A stretch of 64,000 bases of DNA. Source: Zygnema circumcarinatum SAG 698-1b (lineage: Eukaryota; Plantae; Zygnematophyceae). The position numbers and the translations under genes were made by a program. The notes under the pieces are model-generated. The model saw only the letters and a program-made list of their open reading frames with translations. It searched no databases and was not told where the DNA came from. The stretch spans positions 1 to 64,000 of the forward strand of contig CM074820.1 in NCBI GenBank assembly GCA_037447605.1, read 5' to 3'. Below, in pieces: positions 26,892 through 40,114 of the stretch (positions are counted from its first letter, which is position 1; each line of letters begins with the position of its first letter).

Positions 26892-28773
26892 ATGGAGAGA
26901 GGAGCCATGGCGGCCGGCAGCCCGCCGTGCGACCTCGTCGGAGCAGCGCCTTCGCAGACCGCAGGCCGTCCGTGCACAGAGCTACCCGAGAAACGCTGCT
27001 TCTTTGATCGCACACCCGTTTGCCGAATTTGTCTCAGCTCCGATGTGGATCCTCAGGGCGCAGCCGCTCTCCGCGCTCTTGGAATCTGCACGCCAGAGCC
27101 GCACCCACGGCCTCCCTTCTCTGACGCCAATGAGGCTGCTGCCACGTTTTCAGAGGGCCCAAAATCTGAAAATTCCGCAAAGGGAGGGAGGGATTTGGAA
27201 CAAGGGAAAGATCTCTTAGTTAGCGGTTCAGAAAATAGAGGGTCGCTATTAGAATTAGGTTGTGCTTGTAGATCAGAAATTTCCATTGCTCATTACGCTT
27301 GCGCTTTAAGGTGGTTTGTGGTGCGTGGCGAAGCCAAGTGCGAGGTGTGTGGCCAGGTCGCACAGAATGTACGGCCGGATGACGTGGCCACTGTGTTGGC
27401 CGGCTTAGAGCAGCGGCAGTGGGAGGCTTCCGGGCTGTCAAGTAGAGGAGAGGAGGAGTTCGGGCTGGGGCTGGACGAGGAGGGAGAGAGAGGCCCGCGG
27501 GGAGTTGGGGACGAGATGCACCAGAACATAGTGGCCGGGAATACGCTTAGAGGGAGACAGGGAGGGGAGGACCCCTCTGTTACCGAAACGACGGAGGCTG
27601 GATTGGAGAGAGAACAGGGGATAGTTGGGAGGTTGGGGGAGATGACTGTTGTTAATGAGGATGGTTCGAGGGTGCGGTGGGAGACTCCGGAAAATTTACC
27701 TTCTACCAATCGACGAATGGCCCTCGCTATGGCGGAGCATAAAGCATTGTTAGACGCTATTGCATGGTTTGATTTGCAGAGGGGAGGTGATAGTTTCGAG
27801 GATTTGGGAGAGTCGCTATTTGGTACATCGCGGTCCTCTGGACAGGATCAACACTGCTGCACACCGGGGATGCGCAAGTTTTTGGATTCATGCGCCACAA
27901 TCCTATCCATGGCGCTGATCACTTTCGGATTTGCACGCCTAATTAAGATGCTACTGGGGGATGTGAGTTTTCCTATCTCGGCTTCCTTTGGATGTGGGGC
28001 AAGATGGAGAGGATTTAGGGATTATGAGAAATTTTCTCTCTAATTGAAGACTGCGGACTAGAGCTATGGGCTGAGGGGCCCCACTTTTTTGGCTTGCTTA
28101 GCACAAGCTAGATGTTTGACCCCAGGTAATGACCACTTTAAATTTGCACATAAAATAGTGACTCTGGAGGTACAGGAAGGTCGTGATTTGCTTGACGCGG
28201 AGCTGGTTTTTTTAGACACAAAACTATCGAACTGCATTCCGCTGAGCTTGATGTCTCAGAAATAGTTCTGCTTATCAAGTTAGTGTAGTTCTTTGTATAA
28301 TCTTTGCTTGAACATTGTTGTGGTGCTTTATTGCTGGCAGAAACTCTCACGAGCAGGGGTGGATTTTGTCATTGGCGGCGCTCTAGCCATACTCGTTGTC
28401 GCATGGTTCAGACTCGTGAGTTCTCTCTTCATGAATATATATATGGGTCTCCTTTTGGAATACCCTTGAGATTTAGATGGTTTTTGAGAATTAACCTGAT
28501 ATTGATTGCCTGAATCAGGGCTTTGTGCCAAGTGAATCTACTCTGAAATCAGAGGCTTGTTACCGCTACACTCTCGCTTTTCACAACTGTGACGCTGCTT
28601 GTGAATGCGGTTGTCCTTTGCTAGAGCAGGAGCACGAGGCAAAAGGGCTTTTGCCTCACGCCCTCCTTCGACTCCTGGGTTTGTCAAACTGAAAGTCTGC
28701 ATTGCTTTCGGGCTCTCTGGTGACGAAGCAGGTGGTGCTCCCGCGGATGCTCAAGTTCTGTCGAACCATCTGA
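26892..28773 (+). CDS. RING-CH (RINGv/MARCH-type) E3 ubiquitin ligase with C-terminal transmembrane helices
   Basis: C4HC3 pattern CRIC...LELGCACR..IAHYACALRWF..RGEAKCEVC. Exon 1 to 27962, exon 28341-28415 (KLSRAGVDFVIGGALAILVVAWFRL), then VVLPRM. The 3' end is uncertain and may extend to about 29130. Confidence 0.8.
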
Positions 28774-29992
28774 CGACAACACGGGACTGCACCTGCTGCC
28801 CATTCTATATTTCCATTCCTTGCTGGGAATCTTAAGCCCACTTGCTTCACGAGCAGTCCTCGGTTATCCCCCTGGACGAGGGCAGGGGACATGCGCAGGG
28901 TCGCATCTTCGCGCCCTGTTAACAGCCAAAGGAAATTCTTGAATGAAAGGCAGACAACAAGACAAGACAAACCGCACGCGAGTCCTCTTTTTGGTATTCT
29001 TCCACGTGCCGTTCCCTGGCTTAGTTGTGTTTCTCATGATTTGCAACCGGGAAGTCTGCCTGCAGTGTGTTCGCATGGTCGTTTTGGGTGCTCTCTTCAT
29101 CTGCAAGCTTTGTCTTGGTTCTGTCCACTCATAGCCCGAGGCTTTCATTGCAGAGCAAAGAGCAATATCCATGCCGTTCCTGATGCGGTACTAGTCCTTC
29201 TTCATACGTTTGGCTGGACCCTTGAAGAGATTGTTTCCGTGGCATTCAAGCTGTAAAACTCGGGCGTAGGTGAGAACATAGATCCGCCCAAAAGTTGTGG
29301 GGGACTAGGTCGGACCCACATAGCAGCTTTATGGGGGCTTCCGAGTGGAGAATATGCACTAGTTTTGAAATCATCAATCATATGGTGCTATTGTTACTTC
29401 CTAGCGATACAGACGGTGAGCACACATATCAATAGGATAAATGTGAACTTGAACTTAGAGCTCTTCCTCTTTGACAAGTCGTCTGCCTAGTTTCAACAGG
29501 ATTGCAGGCTTTGAGAACCTAAATTCTGTTACAGGGACCATGTAGCTATTGATATGAGCAGATGTGAGCTGGTTGATTATCTGTAGCCACAAGCCTTTGC
29601 ATAGAAAGAGCAAGAATCATTGTGCGTGCAGTGACAGTTACGACTAAGTAGCAAACGCGGTTTTGAAACATACTGGTTTCGAATGTTAAGTGCATCGCAG
29701 CAGTGGTGCTCCGACATGGCACAGCTCATCTGCTTCTCTTCAACTGCTACAGCAGGTTTACCTTTTTGGACTTAGAAGCTCTGTCTCTGTACAGCTTCGA
29801 GGGTTTTGTAGGTTTGAACCAAGCAGCGTTCGACCGTGTGGAATGCCGCCGCCTTTTCGCCTTCAGCGCTTGCACTGTGGACCTGTTGGGCTCGCAAGCG
29901 TTTTAAAACTGCTGCGCGTGGTCGTGACACGAGGCACAGACCTGTCCTTGCCGAGCAGCGCTGGCAGGAAAGAGAGGAGGAGAGCGAGCCGA

Positions 29993-31379
29993 CCAATGCC
30001 AATGCCAATGCCAATGCCAATGCCAATGCCAATGCCAATGCCAATGCCAATGCCAATGCCAATGCCAATGCCAATGCCAATGCCAATGCCAATGCCAATG
30101 CCAATGCCAATGCCAATGCCAATGCCAATGCCAATGCCAATGCCAATGCCAATGTGCCAATGCCAATGCCAATGCCAATGCCAATGCCAATGCCAATGCC
30201 AATGCCAATGCCAATGCCAATGCTAATGCCAATGCCAATGCCAATGCCAATGCCACCAATGCCAATGCCACGCCAATGCCAATGCTAATGCCAATGCTAA
30301 TGCCAATGCCACGCCACGCCAATGCCAATGCCAATGCCAATGCCACTGCCAATGCCTATGCCAATGCCAATGCCAATGCCAATGCCAATGCCAATGCCAA
30401 TGCCTGCCAATGCCAATGCCACTGCCAATGCCAATGCCAATGCCAATGCCACTGCCACTGTCAATGCCAATGCCACTGCCACTGCCAATGCCAATGCCAA
30501 TGCCACGCCAATGCCAATGCCATGCCAATGCCAATGCCACAATGCCAATGCCAATGCCAATGCCACGCCAATGCCACCGCCAATGCCAATGCCAATGCCA
30601 ATGCCAATGCCAATGCCAATGCCAATGCCAATGCCAATGCCAATGCCAATGCCAATGTTAATGCCAATGCCAATGCCAATGCCAATGCCAATGTGCCAAT
30701 GCCAATGCTAATGCCAATGCTAATGCCAATGCCAATGCCAATGCCAATGCTAATGCCAATGCTAATGCTAATGCCACGTTAATGTTAATGTTAATGCCAA
30801 TGCTAATGCCACGCCAATGCTAATGCTAATGCCACGCCAATGCCAATGCTAATGCTAATGCCAATGCTAATGCTAATGCCACGCCAATGCCAATGCCAAT
30901 GCCACGTTAATGCCAATGCTAATGCTAATGCCAATGCCAATGCCACGTTAATGTTAATGCCACGTTAATGTTAATGCCAATGCTAATGCTAATGCTAATG
31001 CTAATGCTAATGCCAATGCCAATGCTAATGCCAATGCTAATGCTAATGCTAATGCCAATGCTAATGCCAATGCCAATGCCAATGCTAATGCTAATGCCAC
31101 GTTAATGCTAATGCCACGCCAATGCTAATGCCAATGCCAATGCCAATGCCAATGCTAATGCCAATGCCAATGCCAATGCTAATGCTAATGCCAATGCCAA
31201 TGCTAATGCCAATGCCACGTTAATGCCAATGCCAATGCCAATGCCAATGCCAATGCCAATGCCAATGCCAATGCCAATGCCAATGCCAATGCCAATGCCA
31301 ATGCCAATGCCAATGCCAATGCCAATGCCAATGCCAATGCCAATGCCAATGCCAATGCCAATGCCAATGCCAATGCCAA
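29993..31379. repeat. (AATGCC)n hexamer array, about 1.4 kb
   Basis: Pure blocks at both ends; centre has AATGCT, AATGTT, ACTGCC, ACGCC and ACGTT variants. Confidence 0.98.
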
Positions 31380-31568
31380 CGCCGATGGTGATGATGTCAT
31401 TCTCCTCCGTACGGCAGCGCAGAGGGCCGCCCCCCAGCGAGCGAGCGCGCTCACGGCGGCCGCGATCGCGCGATTGGCTGCGACGGGTCATGAGGCCATG
31501 GAGCCATATATGATGCGGCCATCTCCCTCGCGACGACCTCGAGTTGAGGAGGAGCCAGAGGCAGTGCG

Positions 31569-33657
31569 ATGGCGAGGCGCTCTCATGGGGGGGGCCGCCC
31601 TCGGCAGGGGATGGCGCCGCCCTTCCCATCCTTTGGCTTCCAAAGCGAAGCCATGGCGGACTTCTTTTCCAACAGCCCCTTTGCGAACGACCCCTTCTTT
31701 TCGGACCCCTTCCCTGACTTCTTCGGACGCCGGCCTGCAGGAAGCATGTTCGGAATGTCTGCAAGCCTTTTTGGCGATGACGTTTTTGGTCGTCGTCCGT
31801 TTCCACAGCTGGAGCACCAGCATCCTCGTCAATTCAATCAGGTGTTAAAATAACACCTGTAATATACCTTAATTGTGCGAACTATTTTTCGTCTTATTTA
31901 CTAACTGCCCGGGGTTATTCTGGAACAATTTAGGTCGCAATTATCAGAAGTCCGGTTGATTTTGAAAATTCTATCTTCATACGCATTGCGGCGTTGTGCG
32001 CGTACTGAATCTATTACTGGCAGTACCGAATATTTTTTCCCACTTGAAACGTGAACGCGGCAGTTCTTTTGTAGTGTTCGTTGTGCTGGCTGACGTACTT
32101 CCTTTACCTGTCCAATTTGTGTCATGGCAGTTGCTTGATTGTCCTTTGAAGGAAATTTAATGTTTTCTTGTTTCATTCAGGCTTCGCGCAGCAGGCCTGT
32201 CATAGTTGAAGTTGAAACTGACTCTCCTGAAGAACGCGATGGGAGGCGGCAAACTTTTGACAAGGAGCCAGTAGTAGAGCATCCGGATGAGGAAGGTAGG
32301 GTTGCCCGTCCAACACCAGCAGGTCGTGCTGCTTTTAAAGGACGCGCCCGGACTGACCGGTGCCTGTCTGTTGGCAGGAGAGCAAGCCAGTCCAAGCGGA
32401 GGCGAGCGACATCACCAGACTTATGAACGGCACATTGACAACTTTCCCGCAGATTATGGCGGCCTTGTAAACAGCAGCAGGGGAGGAGTGCAGAGCTTTA
32501 GTTTCCAGAGCACGAGTGTGACGGTTTCAGGGATTGGGGGCGTGAAGACATACTCAGGAAGCGGCTTCCGGCTGCAGGGACCCGACGGGGTAAAGTCGAA
32601 ATAGCTATTTTCAACTCGTCATATTGACCATTTCAATTCCCTTGCTTTGCAACTATGAAACTGTGAAATGAACTGGGAATATTGTGAATGACGTCTTCTT
32701 CGTCTGCTTCTCTAAAGCCCTACAAGTGTAAAGTAAAATTTGACAATATCTCTTTTCAACAAATTCATTTGCTTGCGGATGTCATGCCGTGGTATATTCC
32801 TCTTGGTTTCGCAGATCAAGGACGAACAGTGGCAAGAGGAAGATTCATCTGGAAGGAAGGAAATGAGTATTTCTCGAGCAATTGGAAGTAAGGTATTGTT
32901 AGGTCTTGCATAGATTTAGAATTGTGGCGGAAGCTCTGGTCTAGGAGGTTTTGAGCCGTGCAGAACTTCCAGTATTTATTTGGCAGGATGTAGCTGCTTT
33001 ACCTGCTTCCAACAAAGATTTTATGATCTTGCTTCTCTTCCTTAAATAAGCCGACGGATCCTTAAACTTACAGACCAGTTTCAAAGGCGTAAGAAATTTT
33101 GAGTACGGCAACCATATCATGCCATATCATGTTGCAGGGTCGGTCGCTTTCACGCACACGTACAAGTGACGGCATCGACCATAGCGTGGAGCGTTTACAT
33201 AATCTCCAACCCGGTACTGTACCCTCCTTTGGGCACAGGAAAGCCAAGTGCACCCGTTCTTGGAGCTGCAAATGTGCGAGGTGACGCGGTGGGCAATTGT
33301 GTGATCTGTGCCTTCACTGTTGTAATTGCAGAAGACGCAGAAAATTTTGACAAGATGTGGCAGGCTCGGGCACGGGATTCTTTTGGGAATTTGCGAAGTC
33401 AGGGATTGAACCAAAATGGAGGTGGGCTCATCTTGACTTCCATAGTAAATTCGTGTGCAGGGTCTTAGACGAATAGTGAGTTTGTAATCGCCGGAACTCT
33501 TCCATGCCATTGCTTTTTTTCTGGCTGTGTTTTGTGCGTTCCGACTTGAAGCTTAGCAAGTGTGGAGCCTCTGAACGCTGAGGGTGAACAGCCGAGGCGG
33601 GCGTGCAGGAGCTGGACGCACCCGGCCAGCCCTTCCCCCAGAAGCAGGTGGGGGTGA
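31569..33657 (+). CDS. Myeloid leukemia factor (MLF) family / plant glycine-rich MLF-like protein
   Basis: Phe/Gly-rich N-terminus DPFFSDPF, EPVVEHPDE, SFSFQSTSVTVSG, MSISRAIGSK|GRSLSRTR..DG, LHNL, FDKMW. Last exon is tentative. Confidence 0.75.
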
Positions 33658-34553
33658 TGGGCCGCAGCGGCGGAGACGCATTGATAGGCCTGCGTAGGAA
33701 TGCAGGAGCCGACGCGGCGGTTCAGTTCCATGAAGTGCCAGTGCTGCTCTCTCTTCGGTCGATACGGCTATAATTTCTTTGACCTTGCCATGGCGTTACA
33801 TGTAGGTGCTTGGTTAGCTGCTTGGTCATCGCAGAGGAGCGGTTGTGAGAGTTTCTGTGGTAGCATTAGTCAGATCAATTTTCTCCCTTCATTTGCTTTG
33901 TTTTTGTGACCCAATGAGTGGAGCTCAGGGAAAAAATAAGAGGCGAACAGTGCAACGTGTCCTGATATTCTCAATGGTATCTGCTGCACATATATTAGTA
34001 TGATACCCTTCTCAAATCTAAATACACTGTACGACCGAAATTATAAGGGTGCAAAAAATGCGACTTGCTCGGGCATAAACTCGGTGGAGGGCGTTGGGAC
34101 ACAAGCACGATCGCAGGAAGGCAGACAAAGGGGTAGGCAGTTATGGCTGTCGCGCATCTTGGATCCCTCCGGGTGCCAAGGAGTGGCAGATCGGCGAGAA
34201 TATGGCAACATCAGCCCTGCCTGCACTGAACCTCAGGCGACTCTTGAGGCTCTGAATCCCCTGGAAGACATCTCTACTAAAACACGGAGGGGGATGAGGT
34301 CGGCCGTGCACCACTTACCTTCCGGTGGTGCAAAGAAAGAACCAGAGGTGCCAGGTGAGCCCATCCTTTATCTGGTTCCAGGTGAGCCCATCCATATAGA
34401 TAAAGGCTGACAGCTCCAAAAGAAGTGAGGAAATAGAGCAAGGGGCGAGGACAAGAAGCCGCTACTCGAGCGATGACAACAAGACCACAAGGTCACTCAG
34501 GGCACTCCGAACAATGCCGTTTAGTTCAGCCGCAAACCGACTGCCAGCGACCT

Positions 34554-37500
34554 TCACTTCCCCGCAAAGAGGTGGTGCGATGGCAGGCGGCAAGCGCTGA
34601 CAGATTCACTGAGGCATGCGCAGAAGCCTTCCGCGCCAATGGGCAAGGTGAGGGGCAATGGCCGGTCGGGGGCGATGCCCACCTGCCGCCCAGCAGCGCA
34701 GCGAAAGCATCAGAAAGGCGCGGCGCAGACAGAAAGCGAGTCGGCCCTTCCCGCAGCACCTGCTCACCTTGTCAATGTCGATGTGTGCCGGCGTCTCATA
34801 GCGTGCAATGGTGACCGCCAGACCCGAACCGTCTGCCAGCTCGAACACCGACTGGATCTTCCTGCACACCTCGCACCGTATGTCAGACTCCAGCGTTGGC
34901 TCAGAAAGCCAGTGGCCATTGTTGGTACCTCAAGTGCGCCACTCCCTACGAGGAAAGAAAACCTGTTCGTAGAGAACATGGTACGCACCCTTTGCCAAAG
35001 GTGGATTCGCCCAAGATGACGGCGCGACCATTGTCTTTCAGGGCGCCGGCAAGGATCTCACTCGCACTGGCAGTACCTTTATTCACCTGTGTTTGAAACA
35101 GCCACTCAGCAATGGCAACAGTTAAAAGATAACTTGAACACCCTTCCTCTCCTCAAGATTTCCACCATTTCTAAGAAACCAATCATCAAACAGACAACAA
35201 AAACCAGCGGTTCACCAAAAGCAGAAACCAAGAATCAATTGGCCGTGCGAATGGAATAAGGTGAACACATACAAGTACTCCACGTTGCATTTGCACTGCC
35301 TTAAGCCTTCTCCAGCGTTCCTCAGAACCTGAAGCAGGCAGCCTGCCGAGTGCGGAGGGGGCTCACCAGCACTGCGAGCGGCTCCTCTGTGGCAATGGCG
35401 AGAGACCCGTCCGTGTCGTAAATATCACGCACTCCCATGCTGTCGGAGATGTACACCACCACGCCTTGCTTCAGCCTGCAGGGGCGAACGTCACACTTCC
35501 TTCTGTCACAGGCTGGGCTGCCAAATGGACTGCAAGAACCAAATGCATTTCATCTGACGGTATCGTCACAAGGAGCTGTGAGACGGCATGAGCCGTACGA
35601 GCACCGCTCCAGCAGGGTCCCTCCCTCCCTCCCTTTGTGCACGCACCACATCTTGGCGATCTCAATGCCAACAGGAAAAAGTCCTCCGCTGCAAAGCACC
35701 ACCGCCACCAAGACAGCAGAGCTTGTCAGAGGCCCCTCGCCATATAATTCAAAGACAGCCGCTATCTTGCACTATAAGGCTGCTGCCACTCCGCAAATCC
35801 ACCACACAACACACTTCCCCCGCTTCACGCCTCAAAATTCACACTTCGCACTTTATAAAACAACCATCATCCTCTGAATCAAATTGTGCAAGGCGATATT
35901 TTCTCATTCATCCACGGTGCAACCAAAACAAGTTTGCGTAGTTCAAGAATGCATCCAGAGCCTGCCCAATGCATTCCCATCCCGGCGCATCCCAGCCCCC
36001 ATGCCCTGCCTGTTATTTCGAATGTCCAGCACAAAGGCGTTGGCGCCGTCCTCGCGCAGCCGCTTGATGGCTTCACGAACAGCCGCTGCATTTTCCACAG
36101 CCAACACAACCCATAATACCGATGGCCCTTTCAGTTAGGAGATAGTGCCACAAAATTCGATTCTTCTCTTGCTAACCGAAAAAGGGTTAGGAAGTTGTTC
36201 TGACGACAAGTGAAAAGATTAATGGCAATCTGCCTGTTCCTCCACACGCTGGCATGCTACCATACTGCATTGTAACCAGTTTGCTCAAACAACCTCTAAT
36301 ATCAACATGCGCAGATCATCACAGTAAAGAAAGAGGAAGCGTATGATGAAGCATACATACAGGTGCAAAAATTCAACGCAAGTGTTTGTGAACAGACAAG
36401 GGCCAAAGGCTGTTAATGTTCTGCTAACCCTACAGATTGAATCTTTTTGTGGCACGTTGTTGCTGCCTGCACTGATGAAGACATCTGATAGTCCATGCTT
36501 AATTGAGCAATTTACATGAGCTTGCGTGTGAAATCCCATACCAATCGCAGTACACGAAAAGCAGAAAATCCCAGGCAGAAGTCATTTAGACGGTACCTGC
36601 GGAATTCTGGTTGAAGGTGGAAAGCCGAATGTAGCCAACCGTAGGAGTCAACTCCCCTCCTCTCCCACAGGCTTGCCACGACACGGGGTTTAAGCTGACC
36701 TTCTGCCTCCTGGATACACACAGGTTCAAGAACCATATAAGCTCGCATATCTGGCCCGAGGTGGTGACATCTCACACAGAAGTAGAGAAATAAATGGGAT
36801 AACTCTGATGTTCAGAGAGCATTCTAACGTATACTAGAGCGCTGTCCCGGTCATCCTCTTCAATAATTCATGTTGACGAAAATCATACATTGGGATCAAA
36901 AACCTTGCCTTACAAAACCAAAGATAACATTATTAAGGCAGTGGCGATGCAATCACCATTCTGAGAGCTTTTGGACATCCATCTCCACAGAGTACTCCGG
37001 CCCTCCTGTCAGCAGCCAGCAAGCACATATCATGTGCAGTACACTCACACAATGGCCAAAGTGATGGAACCGCTTTCCACTCCACTCCCACGTCGCTCTA
37101 CAGTGAGCTCCACTGATGTCTGCGGAGGCCCCCTTCACAAGCACACCAGCCAGCCTTCAGAATAATGCATTCAAGGATTTCAAAGCCTGCTCTTCAATTT
37201 GCTTGGATAATCCACAAACATAACCCTGCATGCCTGCAGCAAAGCGTCCTGAAACCTACTTAGAAAGAATCTGCCGTTCATCACATTGACACCTCAAGCA
37301 TTCATGAAGGGGGGAAAGGGCTCCGCGGCGCAACTGCAGTCGCTGCGCGGCGTCGTACAGGCCCATGCCATCCGTTGGCGTGCCATCGATTGCGCGAATG
37401 ATGTCCCCCGGCACGACGCCGGCTCTGTCGGCGGGGCCTCCGCTGACAGGTGTCACCACCACAAGGTCGCCGCCGCCATTGCCGCTGAACCCCACTTCGA

Positions 37501-39088
37501 GGCCGACCCCTGTAACGGCACCGTTGGTGCCTGCCTGGCCACATGCACCGTCCACCGTTCCATCCTCAAGCTAGGTTTCTTCACTTGGGCAGACTCAGGC
37601 TATGGGCTGGCAAACTCCATACCTAACGCTGCTCCTCCCAAGTACGCTTCGTTGCAGATCGTTATTCGTCACAGCCCTGTTTTCTTATCACTCTAAACCG
37701 AAATCGAAAATTTAATTGGTTGAGGCAGTGTCCTCTAGCATCACTATGTAGTTTCAATATAAAAGTAATACTCACGCGCAGTGCTCGCAGCTTCTCCGGT
37801 TCTAAAAACCGTGTGAATGGGTCATCCAAAGTGGCGAGCATCTTTCGAATAGCGTCATCTGGAAACACAATCAAATTCTGCATAATCAGACCATGACTGA
37901 GAATGCATGAAAAATTCCAGCTGCAGCGAAAATTGACAAGCCTAAGGATAAAACCAAACATCTACCATGATGCCGCATGCACCAAGTGCAAAGTAAAGAC
38001 AACACAGCATAGCAGATATCAGAGCGCTTTGGCTAATGAGTGCGGGTGATTTCGAAATTTCACATGTCTGTTCCCGATTGTTCATGGGCGTGTTCTTCAG
38101 TGCATCCTGACGGTAGCGAAACCAGTTCTGCCCGTTGAAGCTCTTGTCAACATAGGCACGATCCACGGTTCGCCAGGCTTCGAGGAACACAAGATTCTCT
38201 TCCGTCAGCGCCACTGTTGACATCCCATCTCCCAATTATTGCTGCATCAGCTTCATTTCCTTTCACGTTCATCCTCTCTTGACAGCCACATCGTCAACGA
38301 CAACCCCATTTCGTTTTGCCTCCGTAAAGATTAGGAATAAAGCCATAGCCATGTGCCGTAGTCAGCGACAGCCGCATAGCTGACAGTAGCACTGCGGGGA
38401 ATCGCCCGTTTTGAGGCTTCTATCCACCTCATGCGAATGTCCGTTCACCTGCAGGGCTGGGGTGCAGCATCGAGGCGCTCAACAGATTTCCGGCTACGAG
38501 CAATGCCGCTGCAGTTGAGCCAAGGAGCAACGTCCAGCGCCTGCAGCAGCCCTCTATCACACCCGCCCGCAGTAACCGCGGCTCTACTGCGCCTCCTGCG
38601 CCAGTTTTCCTCACAAGCTCCGCTGCTTTAGGGAGGGAGCAGCCAGACAGCAGGCCCAGCAGCGCCCACCATGCAGCGCCTGCTTTCTCTCTGCAGTTCT
38701 GCAGTGAGCTCACCACAGCATCCGGGCTCGAGGTCCCTGCGTCAACCTGCACCAGTCGTCTCCCCAAGCCTTCAACCAGCCTGCTTCCCTCACGCTTTCC
38801 AACGGCGCGCATGTCAACAGCCGCGACAGATGAACTCACCAGTTTTCCGCGTACATATGCATTGCGATGCCTCTCCCGCGCTTTGCTCTTCAACAAAGAT
38901 TTGCGCCCATTGCGCACACAGGACAGAAATCGCGCTGTGAGAGGAAGGAGATGTAGTGAGGGCAGTGCGGTGACCAGAAGAATGCACGAGGGGGCGGCAG
39001 AGGCAGGCTGCGCCCGGCACGTGCGCGGGTGGAGGCGGGCCCCATGGGCGGCGGGAGGCAGGGCATGGGAGCCCCAGCACGCCGCCAT
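34554..39088 (-). CDS. CTPA: Thylakoid C-terminal processing protease of D1 (S41A, PDZ domain)
   Basis: Bipartite targeting peptide then [90 protein letters not shown] (Ser), FGKG|KIQ (Lys), [23 protein letters not shown]-terminal FCACL. Confidence 0.95.
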
Positions 39089-39090
39089 GG

Positions 39091-39122
<32 letters not shown>

Positions 39123-39150
39123 CCTCCCTCCCTCCCTCCCTCCCTCCCTG
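39091..39150. repeat. (CCTG)n-(CCCT)n tract in the CTPA 5' leader
   Basis: Tetranucleotide runs immediately upstream of the ATG at 39088. Confidence 0.9.
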
Positions 39151-39249
39151 CCGCCTAGCGCGGCGCGGCGCGGCGTGACCTGGCGTGACGTGACGTGACG
39201 GACCGTTACGGCGGCGCGTGCGCGCTTGCGCTTCGAGGGGTCGAAAGAT

Positions 39250-39645
39250 GGAGGGAGGGAGGGAGGCCTCGAGGGAGGAAGGCAGGGAGGCCTTGGAGGG
39301 AGGGAGGAAGGAAGGGAGGCCTTGAGGGAGGCCTTGAGGGAGGGAGGCAGGGAGGCCTTGGAGGGAGGGAGGGAGGCAGGGAGGCCTTGGAGGGAGGGAG
39401 GGAGGAAGGGAGGGAGGGAGGCCTTGAGGGAGGGAGGCAGGGAGGCCTTGGAGGGAGGGAGGAAGGGAGGGAGGGAGGCCTTGAGGGAGGGAGGGATGCC
39501 TTGAGGGAGGAAAGGAGGGAGGCCTTGAGGGAGGAAGGGAGGGAGGCCTTGGAGGCAGGAAGGGAGGGAGGCCTTGGAGGGAGGAAGGGAGGGAGGCCTT
39601 GGAGGGAGGAAGGGAGGGAGGCCTTGGAGGGGGGAGGGAGGAAGG
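39250..39645. repeat. Purine-rich minisatellite GGAGGCCTTG(G)AGGGAGG, with (GGCT)n nearby at about 39737-39771
   Basis: Direct observation; lies between the 3' end of the proteasome gene and the CTPA promoter. Confidence 0.9.
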
Positions 39646-39734
39646 GCCGGAGGCGGTGCTCGCGAGGGGTCGTGGTGACGCCACTCGAGTCTCCGAGGCA
39701 CAGGCGGCGGCAGGGAAGGAGAGAACGCGAGGCT

Positions 39735-39772
<38 letters not shown>

Positions 39773-40114
39773 GGCTTTTATGCATGCGTGGAGGAGGCAA
39801 AACCATCGGAGAGAGTATACAAAATTCAACCACATCCATCCTTAGCCTCGCTTCACCACCTTATATTCAGCCCGCCAGAAACAAATAATGCCATTCTATT
39901 TGAACTCCATTGCAGGCTATCACAGCCACAACGGCGTGCACGTCGACTGTCAATTCTGTACAAGGGAGACAGACCTTACAAATACAATTCAGCAGTCTTC
40001 AAAGCTGTTTGCTCTCTGTCTGCCCCCACGCACTTGCGGCGGGCGGCGTTAGATAGCCCATGGCTTTTTCTGGTAGAGGTAGAAGGGGAGTGCTCTGAAG
40101 GAGAATGTTAAGAA

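Noticed and set aside
29690-31513. Poly-MP/AN/CQ/AL/GI/WH ORFs
   Set aside because: Six-frame read-outs of (AATGCC)n with no splice or domain support
34347-34393. 27-bp-period tandem duplication between the MLF and CTPA 3' ends
   Set aside because: Only two copies; ordinary slippage duplication
3710-39088. Functional cluster of plastid genes (cpRNP, PTAC14, CTPA)
   Set aside because: Interspersed with unrelated genes; 3 of 10 is not clearly above chance
38814-39845. Long Pro/Ser- or Gly/Glu/Arg-rich ORFs
   Set aside because: Products of the GGAGG minisatellite
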